A stretch of DNA of 64,000 nt from Candidatus Latescibacterota bacterium (GTDB lineage Bacteria > Latescibacterota > UBA2968), in NCBI GenBank assembly GCA_965205975.1, contig OZ242195.1, forward strand, positions 1,376,001 to 1,440,000, given 5' to 3'. Both the position numbers and the translations under genes were made by a program. Below are positions 19,121 to 27,181 of the stretch, piece by piece. The first letter of the stretch is position 1, and the number at the start of each line of letters is the position of its first letter. Below the pieces are notes generated by a model, which ran no database searches, had not been told where the DNA came from, and worked only from the letters and a program-made list of their open reading frames with translations.

Positions 19121-19145
19121 AGTGTGAAATGTGAAATGTGAAATG
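19118..19145 (+). repeat. Heptamer tandem repeat TGAA(A/G)TG x4
   Basis: Starts at the TGA stop codon of the amidohydrolase gene. Confidence 0.8.
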
Positions 19146-19180
19146 AGGGCGGCCTGTGGGCACGCCCTTTTTTGTTTTTT
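19146..19180 (+). terminator. Intrinsic terminator
   Basis: AGGGCG...CGCCCT stem followed by a long T tract. Confidence 0.75.
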
Positions 19181-19341
19181 ACCTATTATTTGTGTGTATC
19201 GGTGGTCATTGGTGGTTTTTTTCTGATTTTACTTGATTTTTTTTTGTAAACTTGTTTAAATTTTTGGCTTTGATTTTCATCTGCGTCCATCTGCGGATAA
19301 ACAGATTTTGATTTTTTTACTCACAGGAGGTTAGTTCCAGA

Positions 19342-20286
19342 ATGATTCGAGTTGAGAATTTGGAGAAGTACTACGGCGACATTCATGCACTTAAGGGCAT
19401 TGATTTTGAGATTGACGACGGAGAAATCGTCGGGTTCCTGGGTGCAAATGGCGCGGGTAAATCTACGACATTGAAAATCATGACGGGCTTTTTAGCACCA
19501 AGTGCTGGCAATGTATTTATAGACGATCTGAATATTCAGGACAATTCGCTGGATATTCGCGAGCAAATCGGCTATTTGCCCGAAATGAATCCCCTGTACG
19601 GGGAAATGAGAGTGTATGACTATCTCGAGTTTATATCTCAAATTCGCGGTATAGACGCAGGAGAGTTCAAACCAGCTTTGGATCGCGTGGTCGAACAATG
19701 TGGTTTGCGCGATGTGATTCATCTGCCCATCTCTGCGTGTTCAAAGGGTTATAAACAGCGCGTCGGGCTGTCTGCCGCGATTTTGCACGATCCCAAGGTG
19801 TTGATCTTTGATGAGCCGGTCTCCGGGCTGGATCCCAACCAGATTGTGGAGATTCGGAATCTGATTCGAGAATTGGGTCAGCAGAAGATGGTGATTATCT
19901 CCAGTCATATTTTGCAAGAGATTGAAGCTACTGTGGATCGCATTGTAATTATTGATCACGGCGAAATTGTGGCCAATGGGACAAGTCAAGAATTGATGGC
20001 GGGATTTATGGGTCGCACGCAACTGACGCTCGATGTAAAATACGCCAATGAAGAGAGTCTCGCTGCGTTGCCCAACAGCGTTAATGAGATCGAAGTTGCA
20101 AATATAGAGGTGGTCGATGGCCACTGTGTTCTGTCGATAGAATACGCCCGTGAGATGGATCCTCGCGAGGCGATTTTTGATTATGCCAAAAACAGTGGCT
20201 GGGCGATTTTGGAGATGACACAAAAACAAGTTCTCCTCGAAGATGTGTTCCGCGGATTGACAGGAGAAGGAGGGAGCGATGAATAA
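19342..20286 (+). CDS. ABC transporter ATP-binding protein, GldA-like
   Basis: GANGAGKST, SKGYKQRVG, IFDEPVSGLDPNQIVEIR; SD AGGAGG. Confidence 0.88.
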   Translation: MIRVENLEKYYGDIHALKGIDFEIDDGEIVGFLGANGAGKSTTLKIMTGFLAPSAGNVFIDDLNIQDNSLDIREQIGYLPEMNPLYGEMRVYDYLEFISQIRGIDAGEFKPALDRVVEQCGLRDVIHLPISACSKGYKQRVGLSAAILHDPKVLIFDEPVSGLDPNQIVEIRNLIRELGQQKMVIISSHILQEIEATVDRIVIIDHGEIVANGTSQELMAGFMGRTQLTLDVKYANEESLAALPNSVNEIEVANIEVVDGHCVLSIEYAREMDPREAIFDYAKNSGWAILEMTQKQVLLEDVFRGLTGEGGSDE

Positions 20287-20992
20287 TGTGATGGCGATTT
20301 ATCGCAAAGAAGTCGGCGCGTATTTCAAGAGTCCCATGGCGTATATTTTCCTGGTGTTTTTCGCCCTGTTTAACGGCTATTTCTTTAGCAACACGTTCTT
20401 CCTGTTCAGTCAGTCCGATATGCGGGCGTTATTTAATATTACGCCGATGATTTATCTGATTTTTGTGCCCGCGGTCACGATGGGGGTGCTTGCGCGAGAA
20501 AAAAGTGCGGGCACATACGAGTTGATGGCGACACTTCCGATTAAAAATTTTGAACTTGTGATTGGGAAGTATTTGTCCGCATTTACCCTGGTGTTGGCCG
20601 GGTTGGGTTTTACGCTGATACATTTTTTCACGCTTTTGGTCGTTGGTACAAATATCGACTACGGCGGCATAATCTGTGGGTATTTGGGACTGGCTCTGGT
20701 AGGTGCATTTTACGCAGCTATTGGCACGTTCACAAGTAGTTTGACAGATAATCAGGTCGTTGCATTTATTCTCGCTGCGGTATTTGTTTTGGGATTTTAT
20801 CTTCTCGACAAATTGCTGATTTTTGTGCCGGTGGCGCTTGCTGGGCCCATTCAGTTTATGGCGGTCGATTACCATTTGTCCAATATGTCGCGTGGGGTTG
20901 TCGATTCCCGCAATCTGGTGTATTTCGGATCGCTGATATGGTTGTTTTTGGCGCTTACAGTGCGCGTCATTGATATGCGGAAGTGGAGGTGA
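20279..20992 (+). CDS. ABC-2 permease, GldF-like
   Basis: YFKSPMAY, REKSAGTYEL, SSLTDNQVVA, RGVVDSRNLVYF; multi-TM. Confidence 0.85.
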   Translation: MNNVMAIYRKEVGAYFKSPMAYIFLVFFALFNGYFFSNTFFLFSQSDMRALFNITPMIYLIFVPAVTMGVLAREKSAGTYELMATLPIKNFELVIGKYLSAFTLVLAGLGFTLIHFFTLLVVGTNIDYGGIICGYLGLALVGAFYAAIGTFTSSLTDNQVVAFILAAVFVLGFYLLDKLLIFVPVALAGPIQFMAVDYHLSNMSRGVVDSRNLVYFGSLIWLFLALTVRVIDMRKWR

Positions 20993-20994
20993 TC

Positions 20995-22503
20995 ATGCCT
21001 GTTATTGATTCCAAAAAGAGCTTTGTGATTTTTATTGTGGTGGCTATCGCACTCGTGGCACTTGGTAATCTGGTTTCTCGCAATTTTTTCTTTCGGCTGG
21101 ACCTGACGGAGAATCGGATTTATTCGCTGTCGTCATCGAGCAAGGTGATAATCGAGAAAATTGACGATTTTTTGACTGCTAAAGTCTATTTTTCCGAAAA
21201 TTTGCCAGGGCAATACGGCAATACGCGGCGGTATTTGCAGGATATACTGGAAGAATACGCCGCGTATTCAGACGGCAATTTCCGGTTTGAATTTTACAGA
21301 CCCGATGACGATGAACAATTGGCGCTTGATGCGCAAAAGTCCGGTATTCAGCCCGTGCAATTGCAGGTACTCGAAAACGACAAGTTTGAGGTGAAGCGCA
21401 TTTATATGGGAATGGTGCTGCTCTACGGCGACAAACGAGAGGTGTTGCCGGTTATTCAAACGACTACGGGGCTGGAATACGAGATTACAACGCGAATTAA
21501 AAAACTGGTTGACGATAACCGCTCTGTAGTTGGAGTAGCGAATACCGGGGCTTCGGCACCGGCAATGGAGCGAGTGAGTGCGCGACTTCGGGAAGCCTAT
21601 GATGTGCGCTCGGTCTTTTTAAGTGCCGGCGTGCCCGACGATGTTGAAATGTTGCTCGTCAATGGGGTTGTCGATTCCCTGTCTGAAGATGCACTCGGCG
21701 CGCTGAGGAACTATATCAACTCGGGAGGCAATCTGTTTTTGGCGCAAAGCAAGATCAATGGCGATCTTCAAGCGCAACGCGGAACACCCATTGAGTCCAA
21801 TATTTTCGAGGCGCTCGAACCCTTTGGCGTGAGCCTGGCTGACAATCTGGTAATGGATCGGATTTGTGGCACAGTGACGGTGTCACAGCAGCGCGGATTT
21901 TTGCGTTTTAATTCGGCGGTGGAGTATCCATTCTTTCCCGTATTACAATCTTTTCCCGATCACGAAATTGTCAGTGGCTTAGAGCAGGTTCAGATGTTGT
22001 TTTCCAGTGAGATTGTTTACGATACGGCTGATTCAACGCGTCTTGTGAAGCCGTTGTTGGTCACGTCAGACCATTCGGGCGCAGCGGCCGGGTTTATCAA
22101 TCTCAACCCCATTCAAAATCAGGCATTTCAATCGCTCAACGAACCGGGCAAGGTGGTGGGAATCTATGCGGCAGCTACCTCAGATAGCCTGGAAAATGTG
22201 ATGAGCCAATTGGTGCTGGTGTCGTCCTCCGATTTTCTACTCGACAGCGGGGGAGGACAGGTGCCAGCCAATGGGATCTTTGTGATGAATACAGTGGATG
22301 TGCTCATTGGCGACCGCGACCTCGTGGCTTTGAGATCGCGTGAGATTACAACGCGACCGTTGCAAACTGTGGAGGATACGACTCGAACCACTGTGAAAAC
22401 CCTCAATATTGTGCTGCCCGTGCTGCTGGTCATTGTTTTAGGCCTGGTACAGTGGCGGCTTGTGGTGGCGCGTGCAAAGCGATTGGAGGCACTCTATGAG
22501 TAA
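20995..22503 (+). CDS. GldG-like ABC auxiliary protein
   Basis: RLDLTENRIYSLS, LEYEITTRIKKL; N- and C-terminal TM helices. Confidence 0.85.
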   Translation: MPVIDSKKSFVIFIVVAIALVALGNLVSRNFFFRLDLTENRIYSLSSSSKVIIEKIDDFLTAKVYFSENLPGQYGNTRRYLQDILEEYAAYSDGNFRFEFYRPDDDEQLALDAQKSGIQPVQLQVLENDKFEVKRIYMGMVLLYGDKREVLPVIQTTTGLEYEITTRIKKLVDDNRSVVGVANTGASAPAMERVSARLREAYDVRSVFLSAGVPDDVEMLLVNGVVDSLSEDALGALRNYINSGGNLFLAQSKINGDLQAQRGTPIESNIFEALEPFGVSLADNLVMDRICGTVTVSQQRGFLRFNSAVEYPFFPVLQSFPDHEIVSGLEQVQMLFSSEIVYDTADSTRLVKPLLVTSDHSGAAAGFINLNPIQNQAFQSLNEPGKVVGIYAAATSDSLENVMSQLVLVSSSDFLLDSGGGQVPANGIFVMNTVDVLIGDRDLVALRSREITTRPLQTVEDTTRTTVKTLNIVLPVLLVIVLGLVQWRLVVARAKRLEALYE

Positions 22504-23086
22504 TTTAAAATGGCTTCTCATCGGGATTGCAGTACTGCTGGGTCTTTACGCACTTTTACAGGTCAGAGAGAGCGGATATACGACCCCTTCAGGCCTGGTC
22601 TTTCCCGAAAATACTGATGATATTTACAAGGTTGAAATGACGGCAGAGGGCGATAGCCTGACGCTGCAAAAGAAGGATCTGGAGTGGACGATTGTGGGAC
22701 ACGATACTCTGAAAGTTCGGGACCATCGGATCACGGCACTATTTGAGCAGGTACTAAAGGTGAGTCGCGAGACCCCGATGACAGACAACTCCGACAACTG
22801 GTCTAAGTATGCCGTAGATGACGCGGCGGGAACCCATATCAAGATCTATAATGCGATGGATGAGTTGCTCGCGCACGCAGTATTTGGCAGATCAAGCACC
22901 GATTGGGCGCGCAATTACGTGCGGATTGGCGATGGTCCTGAGGTGTATTTGACGGATCGAAGTATTGTCTATCAGGTGAGCACCGATGCGACATTCTGGG
23001 GCGAAAAACCCCCAGAACCCGCGCCAGCAGCGGTAGATTCCGCAGATGTAGCCCCCGATTCTACCAGATCGGAGAATGGGGAATAG
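22496..23086 (+). CDS. DUF4340 domain-containing protein
   Basis: N-terminal TM and a YVRIGDGPEVYL motif; usual fourth gene of GldAFG-like operons. Confidence 0.7.
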   Translation: MSNLKWLLIGIAVLLGLYALLQVRESGYTTPSGLVFPENTDDIYKVEMTAEGDSLTLQKKDLEWTIVGHDTLKVRDHRITALFEQVLKVSRETPMTDNSDNWSKYAVDDAAGTHIKIYNAMDELLAHAVFGRSSTDWARNYVRIGDGPEVYLTDRSIVYQVSTDATFWGEKPPEPAPAAVDSADVAPDSTRSENGE

Positions 23087-23116
23087 ACGCACAGGCAACG
23101 GGTCATAGTAAAAATC

Positions 23117-23154
23117 AAAAAAGGGTCACGGTTTAAATCACTGTGACCCTTTCT
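23117..23154. terminator. Intrinsic terminator
   Basis: AAAGGGTCACGG...CTGTGACCCTTT stem. Confidence 0.7.
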
Positions 23155-23325
23155 CATTCATTTCGATCCATTCTCTTTACCTCTGACACACTGGTGCCTG
23201 AACCCAGATAGGGGTCAAGATCACGATAAAAAATGAAGAATTTTGAGATTGGAAAGGATGAACACAAGAGGTATATTGGCACAAATTTATCATAATTTTG
23301 CCTCTATCGCTAACCACTGAAATCT

Positions 23326-24285
23326 ATGGCTAAACAAATAAGAAAAAAAGGCTTTTGTGCCTACTATCTGGGCGGTCTGTTTGTCAGGATGAGCGATAAC
23401 AACCTCTTTTTGCTCTGTGCTGGGTTGGCCTTTGCTACTCTTTTGTGTCTTGTGCCTCTGGTCTTTCTGGTCTTCTTTGTACTTGAAGCCATTCTGGACA
23501 TGAGGGCGATAGCTCACCTGGTCAATCAAACGGTGGATGTACTCATACCATATCCAGAAGAGGCCGAGTATCTAAAGGAGGTTTTATCTGCGCGCGTCTC
23601 AGGCGTCATGACCTTCAAGGAGGCTTATGGGGTTTCGGGTTTGCTGATTTTGATAGTGAGTGCCAGTAGTCTGTTCAGTAGCATGAGAACCTTGCTCAAT
23701 GCAGTCTTTAAGGTTGAGCACAGTTTAGGACCGAAAGAGGGCGAGATAGATCCTATCGCGGTGGGACAGTTAAAAAATATGGGTAATCAAGGACGCTGGA
23801 TAAAATTCTTGCAAGGGATTTTGCCGATAGCAGTGGGCAAATTTAAAGATCTCACTATGGTGCTTCTGGTAATATATATTTTTCTCCTATTGGTCCTCGC
23901 ATTGCCCATCCTATCTGCCGTCATCGACATCGCTCCGTCTCTCCTGCACGCTTATGTGACCTACTTCTATGGTCTTACTTCCCTCGCCTTGATTTTTGCA
24001 GTCTTTCTGGGGTTATACTGGCTACTCCCATACCAGAAAATCCAGATAAAGATGCTGGTTATAGGTGCATTTTGGGCCGCTTTGCTGTGGAAACTCACCG
24101 AATGGGTCTTTGGGTATTACCTGAGCCAATTCGCCTCTATATCGTATCTGTACGGGGCTTATGTTCTGTTAGTGGTCGTAGCTTTGTGGATATACTTTTC
24201 GGCGATTATTTTTATTGCAGGTGCTCAGATCGCCCAACTCTGTCGCGAAAGGCCATCTGCTGATCTTCAAAGTTCTTTGTTTTAA
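23326..24285 (+). CDS. YihY/virulence factor BrkB family membrane protein
   Basis: AGLAFATLLCLVP, ASSLFSSMRTLLN, LYGAY...LWIYFSAIIFIAGA; multi-TM. Confidence 0.85.
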   Translation: MAKQIRKKGFCAYYLGGLFVRMSDNNLFLLCAGLAFATLLCLVPLVFLVFFVLEAILDMRAIAHLVNQTVDVLIPYPEEAEYLKEVLSARVSGVMTFKEAYGVSGLLILIVSASSLFSSMRTLLNAVFKVEHSLGPKEGEIDPIAVGQLKNMGNQGRWIKFLQGILPIAVGKFKDLTMVLLVIYIFLLLVLALPILSAVIDIAPSLLHAYVTYFYGLTSLALIFAVFLGLYWLLPYQKIQIKMLVIGAFWAALLWKLTEWVFGYYLSQFASISYLYGAYVLLVVVALWIYFSAIIFIAGAQIAQLCRERPSADLQSSLF

Positions 24286-24327
24286 AATAAAGAAGCCGAG
24301 TTTTTTGAAAAACTCGGCTTCTTTATT
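24286..24327. terminator. Bidirectional terminator
   Basis: Perfect long inverted repeat AATAAAGAAGCCGAGTTTTT / AAAAACTCGGCTTCTTTATT between convergent genes. Confidence 0.85.
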
Positions 24328-24343
24328 AATTTGCCCACAACAC

Positions 24344-27010
24344 TTAAAATTTGAAATCGTAATTGACTTTTGCGTATAGAAATGTGCCGCCAAAGCCATA
24401 AGGGCTATACTCGCCAAATGGCCTGCCAACTATGGGACCTGGATTGACGCCTTCTTCGATATTATCAGGCTCGACATTGAGAATATTCTGAATGCCGGCG
24501 GTTATTGTCGTTCCATCGCCAATTGAGAGACTGGACTCGAGATCAATCAAAAACGCGCTCCCAAAGACTTGATGACCAACACTCCACTCATCCCAAGAAC
24601 CGTAATAATTGACGCGTCCCAATGCACTCCAATACTCGGTCAGGGGCTGTGTCAGGGTCAAATTTCCGCGATGCCTGGGAAGGCCCTTCTCCAATAGGGT
24701 AATACGCTGTTCATTGAGAACTTGAGAGTCGTATTTGGTCACCTCAGTAGAGGTATAGTTATACGCGAAGCTCAGTGTACCCGTACATCTCACTGGAGCT
24801 GTGAGAACGAGGTCGATACCCTGGGTTTTTGTCTCAAAGTTATTGGTAAAGAACCGAAATTCTTGCAGATTTCTCGCATTGATGCCCGTGGCTTCCAACT
24901 GATCAATCTGTTGAAGTGTGAGTGCTTTATCGCTGGAGGTCGCCATGCGATCTTTAACTCCAATATTGAAGTAATCGAGCGTTACATTTACCGGGGGGAT
25001 ACCGGTACCTGCGGGATAAATGGGGAGTGTCAAAATAAGGCCGGTCGAGATATTGACCGACTTTTCTGGTTTAAGCCCTTCGCCTCCTACGAGTGCGGCT
25101 GCAGGGTGGGTAGAGGGAATCGTGCCTCTATTGACCAGGATGAAATTGCCGTCGTCATCTTCACCAAATTCGGTCGTGACGTTAAAGGCGTTTTGTTGGC
25201 CGGGCGACGGTGCTCTGAAGCCCGTGCTAAAGCTGCCGCGCACTTTCACATTTTCATTTACCTTAAAGTTGGTCGCCAACTTGAAATTGGTTGTGGCACC
25301 AAAACCCTCGAAATTTTCAAAGCGCAGTGCAGCACCGAGCAACCAGTTTTCCTGTGGGTTAAATTCGGCGTCTCCATAAACAGCCCAATTGGATCGGCTC
25401 CAGCTTCCCGCGGCAATATCGCCGAAACCGGGAAAACCGTTGGAACCCGAGCTAAATCCCTGACTCGCCAGCGGGCCTATTTCAAAAGATTCGCGCTGCC
25501 CAGCTATAACTTCAAAGTTTTCAACGCGATATTCAAGACCGGCGGCGAAAAAGAATTGCTCACTAAACGGATAGGTCACATCAAAGTTAAAATTGGTATC
25601 CGTCTGGATATAGTCTCCTGGATTAAATTCTGTCGGCGTATTGGGTCCGAGGGAGGCATTCACCGTATTAAAAATAAAGAAATCAGAATGGTGGCGCCCA
25701 TAAGATGCACTGAGATCCCATGTCAGCAGCGACCGCGTTCCCTTGATACCCGCCAGAAAAGCACGGTCCTCCGTATTTCCGCCAAATCGGGGGGTGAAAC
25801 CACCGGGAAAGAGTTCCTGAAATGTGAACAAATTGGAGTCGTCGAAAACCTGTTTTAAGGCTGCTGCATCCGGCACCGAACAGGTTATGGGTACCACGGG
25901 GACATCGCCACCGCTCATATTGCCAACGCGCAATGTCGCTGTCAGTGTCCCGTTTACGCCATGGACAATACCCAGTTTCTCCGCTTCGGCCTGAGTATAG
26001 TAGTCGGTGCCGTCCCACATCAATACGGGTCCCTGATATACGGCACCGCGCGTATTGGGATTTCGGAAATAGAACCCGCCTTCAACTTCCTTGCTCGCAT
26101 AGTTACCATGCCCGTAGAACTCGATATTCTCGTTGATGGTGGCGCCGTAATTGGCAAAAATTTTCAGGTCGTCTCTAACAAAGGGTTGACCCCAGGGTTG
26201 GGCGGGATTGGCTACATGGGTATTGCCCCTGCCAATCAAACTCGCGGCATCGTCGCGCTGGACAGAGCGGTCTGTTTCATCCGCATTTCCATATTCCACG
26301 CTGAGGTTGATCCATGTATCTGGTGTGCCGAGCCCGATGTTGCCAGCCAGGGCGTAAGTGCCTCCGTCCCCATGCCGAAAAATACCGGGTTTGACTTCAA
26401 TAGAGCCGCCCTGGTAATTGTCTTTGAGTTCAAAATTCAACACGCCTGCGATGGCATCAGAACCGTATTGCGCGGATGCGCCATCGCGCAGGACTTCCAC
26501 GCGTTTGAGGGCAATACTCGGGATGGCAGATATATCTGGCCCCTGTGCGGCATCGGATAGACCATTGCCCAGCCAGTAAATCACAGATGCGCGATGGCGG
26601 CGCTTGCCGTTGACGAGTACCAGTGCGTGGTCGGGTGCCAGCCCTCGCAGGTTGGGCGGACGGACGATGGTTGCGGCATCGCTGATCGGCTGGAGGTTGA
26701 CATTGTAAGAGGGCACCACATTTCTCAGAAGATCCTGTACATCGCTCCCGCCTTGCTTGACAAAATCTTCGCCAGTAACGACATCAATGGGGACGGTGGA
26801 TTCGGTAACAGAACGCGGTTGGGCGCGGGTACCGATGACCACCAATTCTTCGAGCACGACCACTTCTTCGAGTATATCAGAAAGCGGGGGTACGGCAGTT
26901 GTATCCGCACTTTCGGTACGCGGATTTTCCTGTGATACGGCGGAGCCACTCATCGCAAGCAGGGCAACGAGGCCAAAAATGAAGGACTTAAAGTGGGATT
27001 TATATTCCAT
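24344..27010 (-). CDS. TonB-dependent receptor
   Basis: Signal peptide, TonB-box-like LEELVVIG, plug motifs (NLRGL, LVLVNGKR, VEVLRDGASAQYGSDAIAGVLN), C-terminal Phe. Confidence 0.93.
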   Translation of the reverse strand: MEYKSHFKSFIFGLVALLAMSGSAVSQENPRTESADTTAVPPLSDILEEVVVLEELVVIGTRAQPRSVTESTVPIDVVTGEDFVKQGGSDVQDLLRNVVPSYNVNLQPISDAATIVRPPNLRGLAPDHALVLVNGKRRHRASVIYWLGNGLSDAAQGPDISAIPSIALKRVEVLRDGASAQYGSDAIAGVLNFELKDNYQGGSIEVKPGIFRHGDGGTYALAGNIGLGTPDTWINLSVEYGNADETDRSVQRDDAASLIGRGNTHVANPAQPWGQPFVRDDLKIFANYGATINENIEFYGHGNYASKEVEGGFYFRNPNTRGAVYQGPVLMWDGTDYYTQAEAEKLGIVHGVNGTLTATLRVGNMSGGDVPVVPITCSVPDAAALKQVFDDSNLFTFQELFPGGFTPRFGGNTEDRAFLAGIKGTRSLLTWDLSASYGRHHSDFFIFNTVNASLGPNTPTEFNPGDYIQTDTNFNFDVTYPFSEQFFFAAGLEYRVENFEVIAGQRESFEIGPLASQGFSSGSNGFPGFGDIAAGSWSRSNWAVYGDAEFNPQENWLLGAALRFENFEGFGATTNFKLATNFKVNENVKVRGSFSTGFRAPSPGQQNAFNVTTEFGEDDDGNFILVNRGTIPSTHPAAALVGGEGLKPEKSVNISTGLILTLPIYPAGTGIPPVNVTLDYFNIGVKDRMATSSDKALTLQQIDQLEATGINARNLQEFRFFTNNFETKTQGIDLVLTAPVRCTGTLSFAYNYTSTEVTKYDSQVLNEQRITLLEKGLPRHRGNLTLTQPLTEYWSALGRVNYYGSWDEWSVGHQVFGSAFLIDLESSLSIGDGTTITAGIQNILNVEPDNIEEGVNPGPIVGRPFGEYSPYGFGGTFLYAKVNYDFKF

Positions 27011-27112
27011 AAAAAAACCTCCGTTGTGTTAGAAACACGGGGGAGAGATACGGTTTTGGACTGTACGCATTCCAACTTATAAAAAATAAATCAACGTTAC
27101 CCAAAGTGCCAG

Positions 27113-27148
27113 AAAAAAAAGAAGCCGCGTTAAAAAACGCGGCTTCTT
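27113..27148 (-). terminator. Intrinsic terminator after the upstream TonB receptor
   Basis: AAGAAGCCGCGTT / AACGCGGCTTCTT stem; the + strand A tract is a U tract on the - strand. Confidence 0.8.
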
Positions 27149-27181
27149 AGTGATCAGGTGAACAATCCTTTGAACTACGAC

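Noticed and set aside
19342..23086. Gliding motility system
   Set aside because: GldA/F/G-like ABC operons are widespread in non-gliding bacteria, and no motor or T9SS genes are in the window.
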